Shown: positions 63,116 through 64,000 of the stretch, piece by piece
Position numbering within the stretch: the stretch's first letter is position 1
How the letters are laid out: each line of letters starts with the position of its first letter
NCBI GenBank assembly: GCA_011620265.1
Contig: WOZM01000031.1
Span: 3,289-67,288 of the forward strand
DNA: 64,000 nt
From: Paracoccaceae bacterium
Lineage (GTDB): Bacteria; Pseudomonadota; Alphaproteobacteria; Rhodobacterales; Rhodobacteraceae
Reading direction: 5' to 3'
Notes under the pieces: generated by a model
Database searches by the model: none
The model's input: the letters and a program-made list of their open reading frames with translations, nothing else
What the model was told of the DNA's origin: nothing
Made by a program: the position numbers and the translations under genes

Positions 63116-63622
63116 ATGCTCGGCTACGTCATCTCGGAGGAACGCGGCGCCGCGGATCGCTGCCTCGCCGAGGTCGTGCGCCGGCTCCTTGCCGAGGGCG
63201 TCGCGGTCGCGGGCGCCGTGCAGATCAATTCCGACCGCGGCCCGGCGCAGGCCTGCGACATGGACCTCCACGTGATCGGGCCGGGGCGGATCATCCGGAT
63301 CAGCCAGAATCTCGGGACACTGTCTAAGGGTTGCCGGCTCGACCCGGCGGGGCTCGAACAGGCGGTGGGGCTGGTCGAGGCGACGCTCGACGCCGCGCCG
63401 CTTCCCCGGCTCCTCATCGTCAACAAGTTCGGCAAGCAGGAGATCGACGGCCGCGGCTTCCGGCCGGTGATCGGCCGGGCGCTGGCCGAGGGGGTCGCGG
63501 TCCTGACCGCCGTCAATACCGCGAGCCTGCCCGGCTTCCGTGCCTTCGCCGGGGGCATGGAGGAGGAAGTGGCGCGCGAGACCGGGGCAATCCTCGACTG
63601 GTGCCGCCGCGCCGCCGGCTGA
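63116..63622 (+). CDS. DUF2478-like protein (small P-loop-less NTPase-like family often found near molybdate/tungstate genes)
   Basis: The ATG at 63116 gives MLGYVISEERGAADRCLAEVVRRLLAEGVAVAGAV...LLIVNKFGKQEIDGRGFR. The protein is 168 aa. The family assignment is from memory of the pattern and is not verified. Confidence 0.6.
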   Translation: MLGYVISEERGAADRCLAEVVRRLLAEGVAVAGAVQINSDRGPAQACDMDLHVIGPGRIIRISQNLGTLSKGCRLDPAGLEQAVGLVEATLDAAPLPRLLIVNKFGKQEIDGRGFRPVIGRALAEGVAVLTAVNTASLPGFRAFAGGMEEEVARETGAILDWCRRAAG

Positions 63623-63657
63623 TGCCGCCCCGGCGGTCGTGGTTCCGTCAAAGGTCT

Positions 63658-63670
63658 GGACAAATTGTCC
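63658..63670. promoter_or_regulatory. Perfect palindrome GGACAA-A-TTGTCC plus a downstream half-site, upstream of the ABC permease
   Basis: The palindrome ggacaaattgtcc is at 63658-63670, and attttgtcc follows at 63683-63691. Both lie in the 128-nt gap before the ATG at 63751. Confidence 0.35.
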
Positions 63671-63750
63671 GCGCGCATGGCCATTTTGTCCATTCCCTCG
63701 CCCGAGGCCAGCCCCTAAGGATTGGCGCAACCGAGGCGACAGAGTCAGCA

Positions 63751-64000
63751 ATGAACGATATCTTTCAAGGCCTTTCCCAGGCGATGCGCCTCGTCCTGGC
63801 GTTCGATCCCGGCCTTGTGGAGATCACGCTCCGCTCGCTCCACGTGACAGTGACGGCGACGCTCATCGCCTCGGCCATCGGCCTGCCGCTCGGCGCCTGG
63901 ATCGCGGTCAACCGCTTCCGGCTCCGCCGCTACGCGATCGCGGTTCTGAACGCGCTGATGGGCCTGCCCCCGGTCGTGGTCGGGCTTTTCGTCTACGTGA
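63751..64000 (+). CDS. tupB: ABC transporter permease, tungstate (TupB)-like; 5' part only
   Basis: The ATG at 63751 gives MNDIFQGLSQAMRLVLAFDPGLVEITLRSLHVTVTATLIASAIGLPLGAWIAVNRFRLRRYAIAVLNALMGLPPVVVGLFVY. The frame runs off the window. Confidence 0.65.
   Translation, partial: MNDIFQGLSQAMRLVLAFDPGLVEITLRSLHVTVTATLIASAIGLPLGAWIAVNRFRLRRYAIAVLNALMGLPPVVVGLFVYV

Noticed and set aside
63623-63750. A Moco riboswitch upstream of the tungstate-type permease.
   Set aside because: Only short, non-specific pairings (for example tcgcc/ggcga) could be found by eye. I could not reconstruct the conserved Moco-motif helices, and no covariance search was possible. The claim is not supported.
1-64000. tRNA genes, rRNA genes, prophage genes, restriction-modification systems, or other defence systems.
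   Set aside because: No cloverleaf-like or rRNA-like segments were seen, and no phage structural, integrase, methyltransferase or nuclease signatures were seen. Intergenic space is small and is accounted for above. A formal tRNAscan/Infernal/DefenseFinder run would be needed for certainty.

Overview
This is a GC-rich alphaproteobacterial chromosomal segment (Rhodobacterales/Paracoccus-like gene content) that is almost fully coding. No tRNA, rRNA, CRISPR array or recognisable defence system was seen.

Gene content from left to right:
1. The edge of a cbb (Calvin cycle) locus, with divergent cbbF and cbbR.
2. A polyamine-themed divergon at 1.8-15 kb. It holds a membrane-fused spermidine-synthase-like protein, a GntR regulator, two paralogous atypical GT1 glycosyltransferases, a PotDBCA-type importer, two tandem mini-cupins, an aldehyde dehydrogenase and a NylB-like amidase. 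I could not match this set to any pathway I know.
3. An IS graveyard at 15.1-19.7 kb around a lone class IV aminotransferase. It includes an IS1111-type IS110 element nested inside a dead IS5-family element, and a truncated CpaB pilus gene.
4. A D-lyxose-isomerase-like cupin and an RND pump with two adaptors.
5. An amino-acid ABC transporter followed by a nucleoside phosphorylase and a deaminase.
6. An orphan glycosyltransferase and hypothetical-protein cluster at 31-36.5 kb, followed by a NarL-type two-component system.
7. Two paralogous secreted proteins with extreme Asp/Ser/Gly tracts.
8. A complete Paracoccus-style sox locus (soxTRS / soxVWXYZABCDEF plus an MBL hydrolase and a DUF302 protein).
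9. A two-subunit NAD-linked formate dehydrogenase.
10. A six-gene operon, overlap-coupled throughout, for Mo/W-bisMGD cofactor maturation. It also contains a GNAT and an unknown protein.
11. A DUF2478 protein and the start of a tungstate-type ABC permease.

The best candidates for undescribed biology are the polyamine/GT/cupin/NylB cluster, the acidic paired proteins, the orphan glyco-cluster, and a possible bridge/seek RNA in the IS110 non-coding end.
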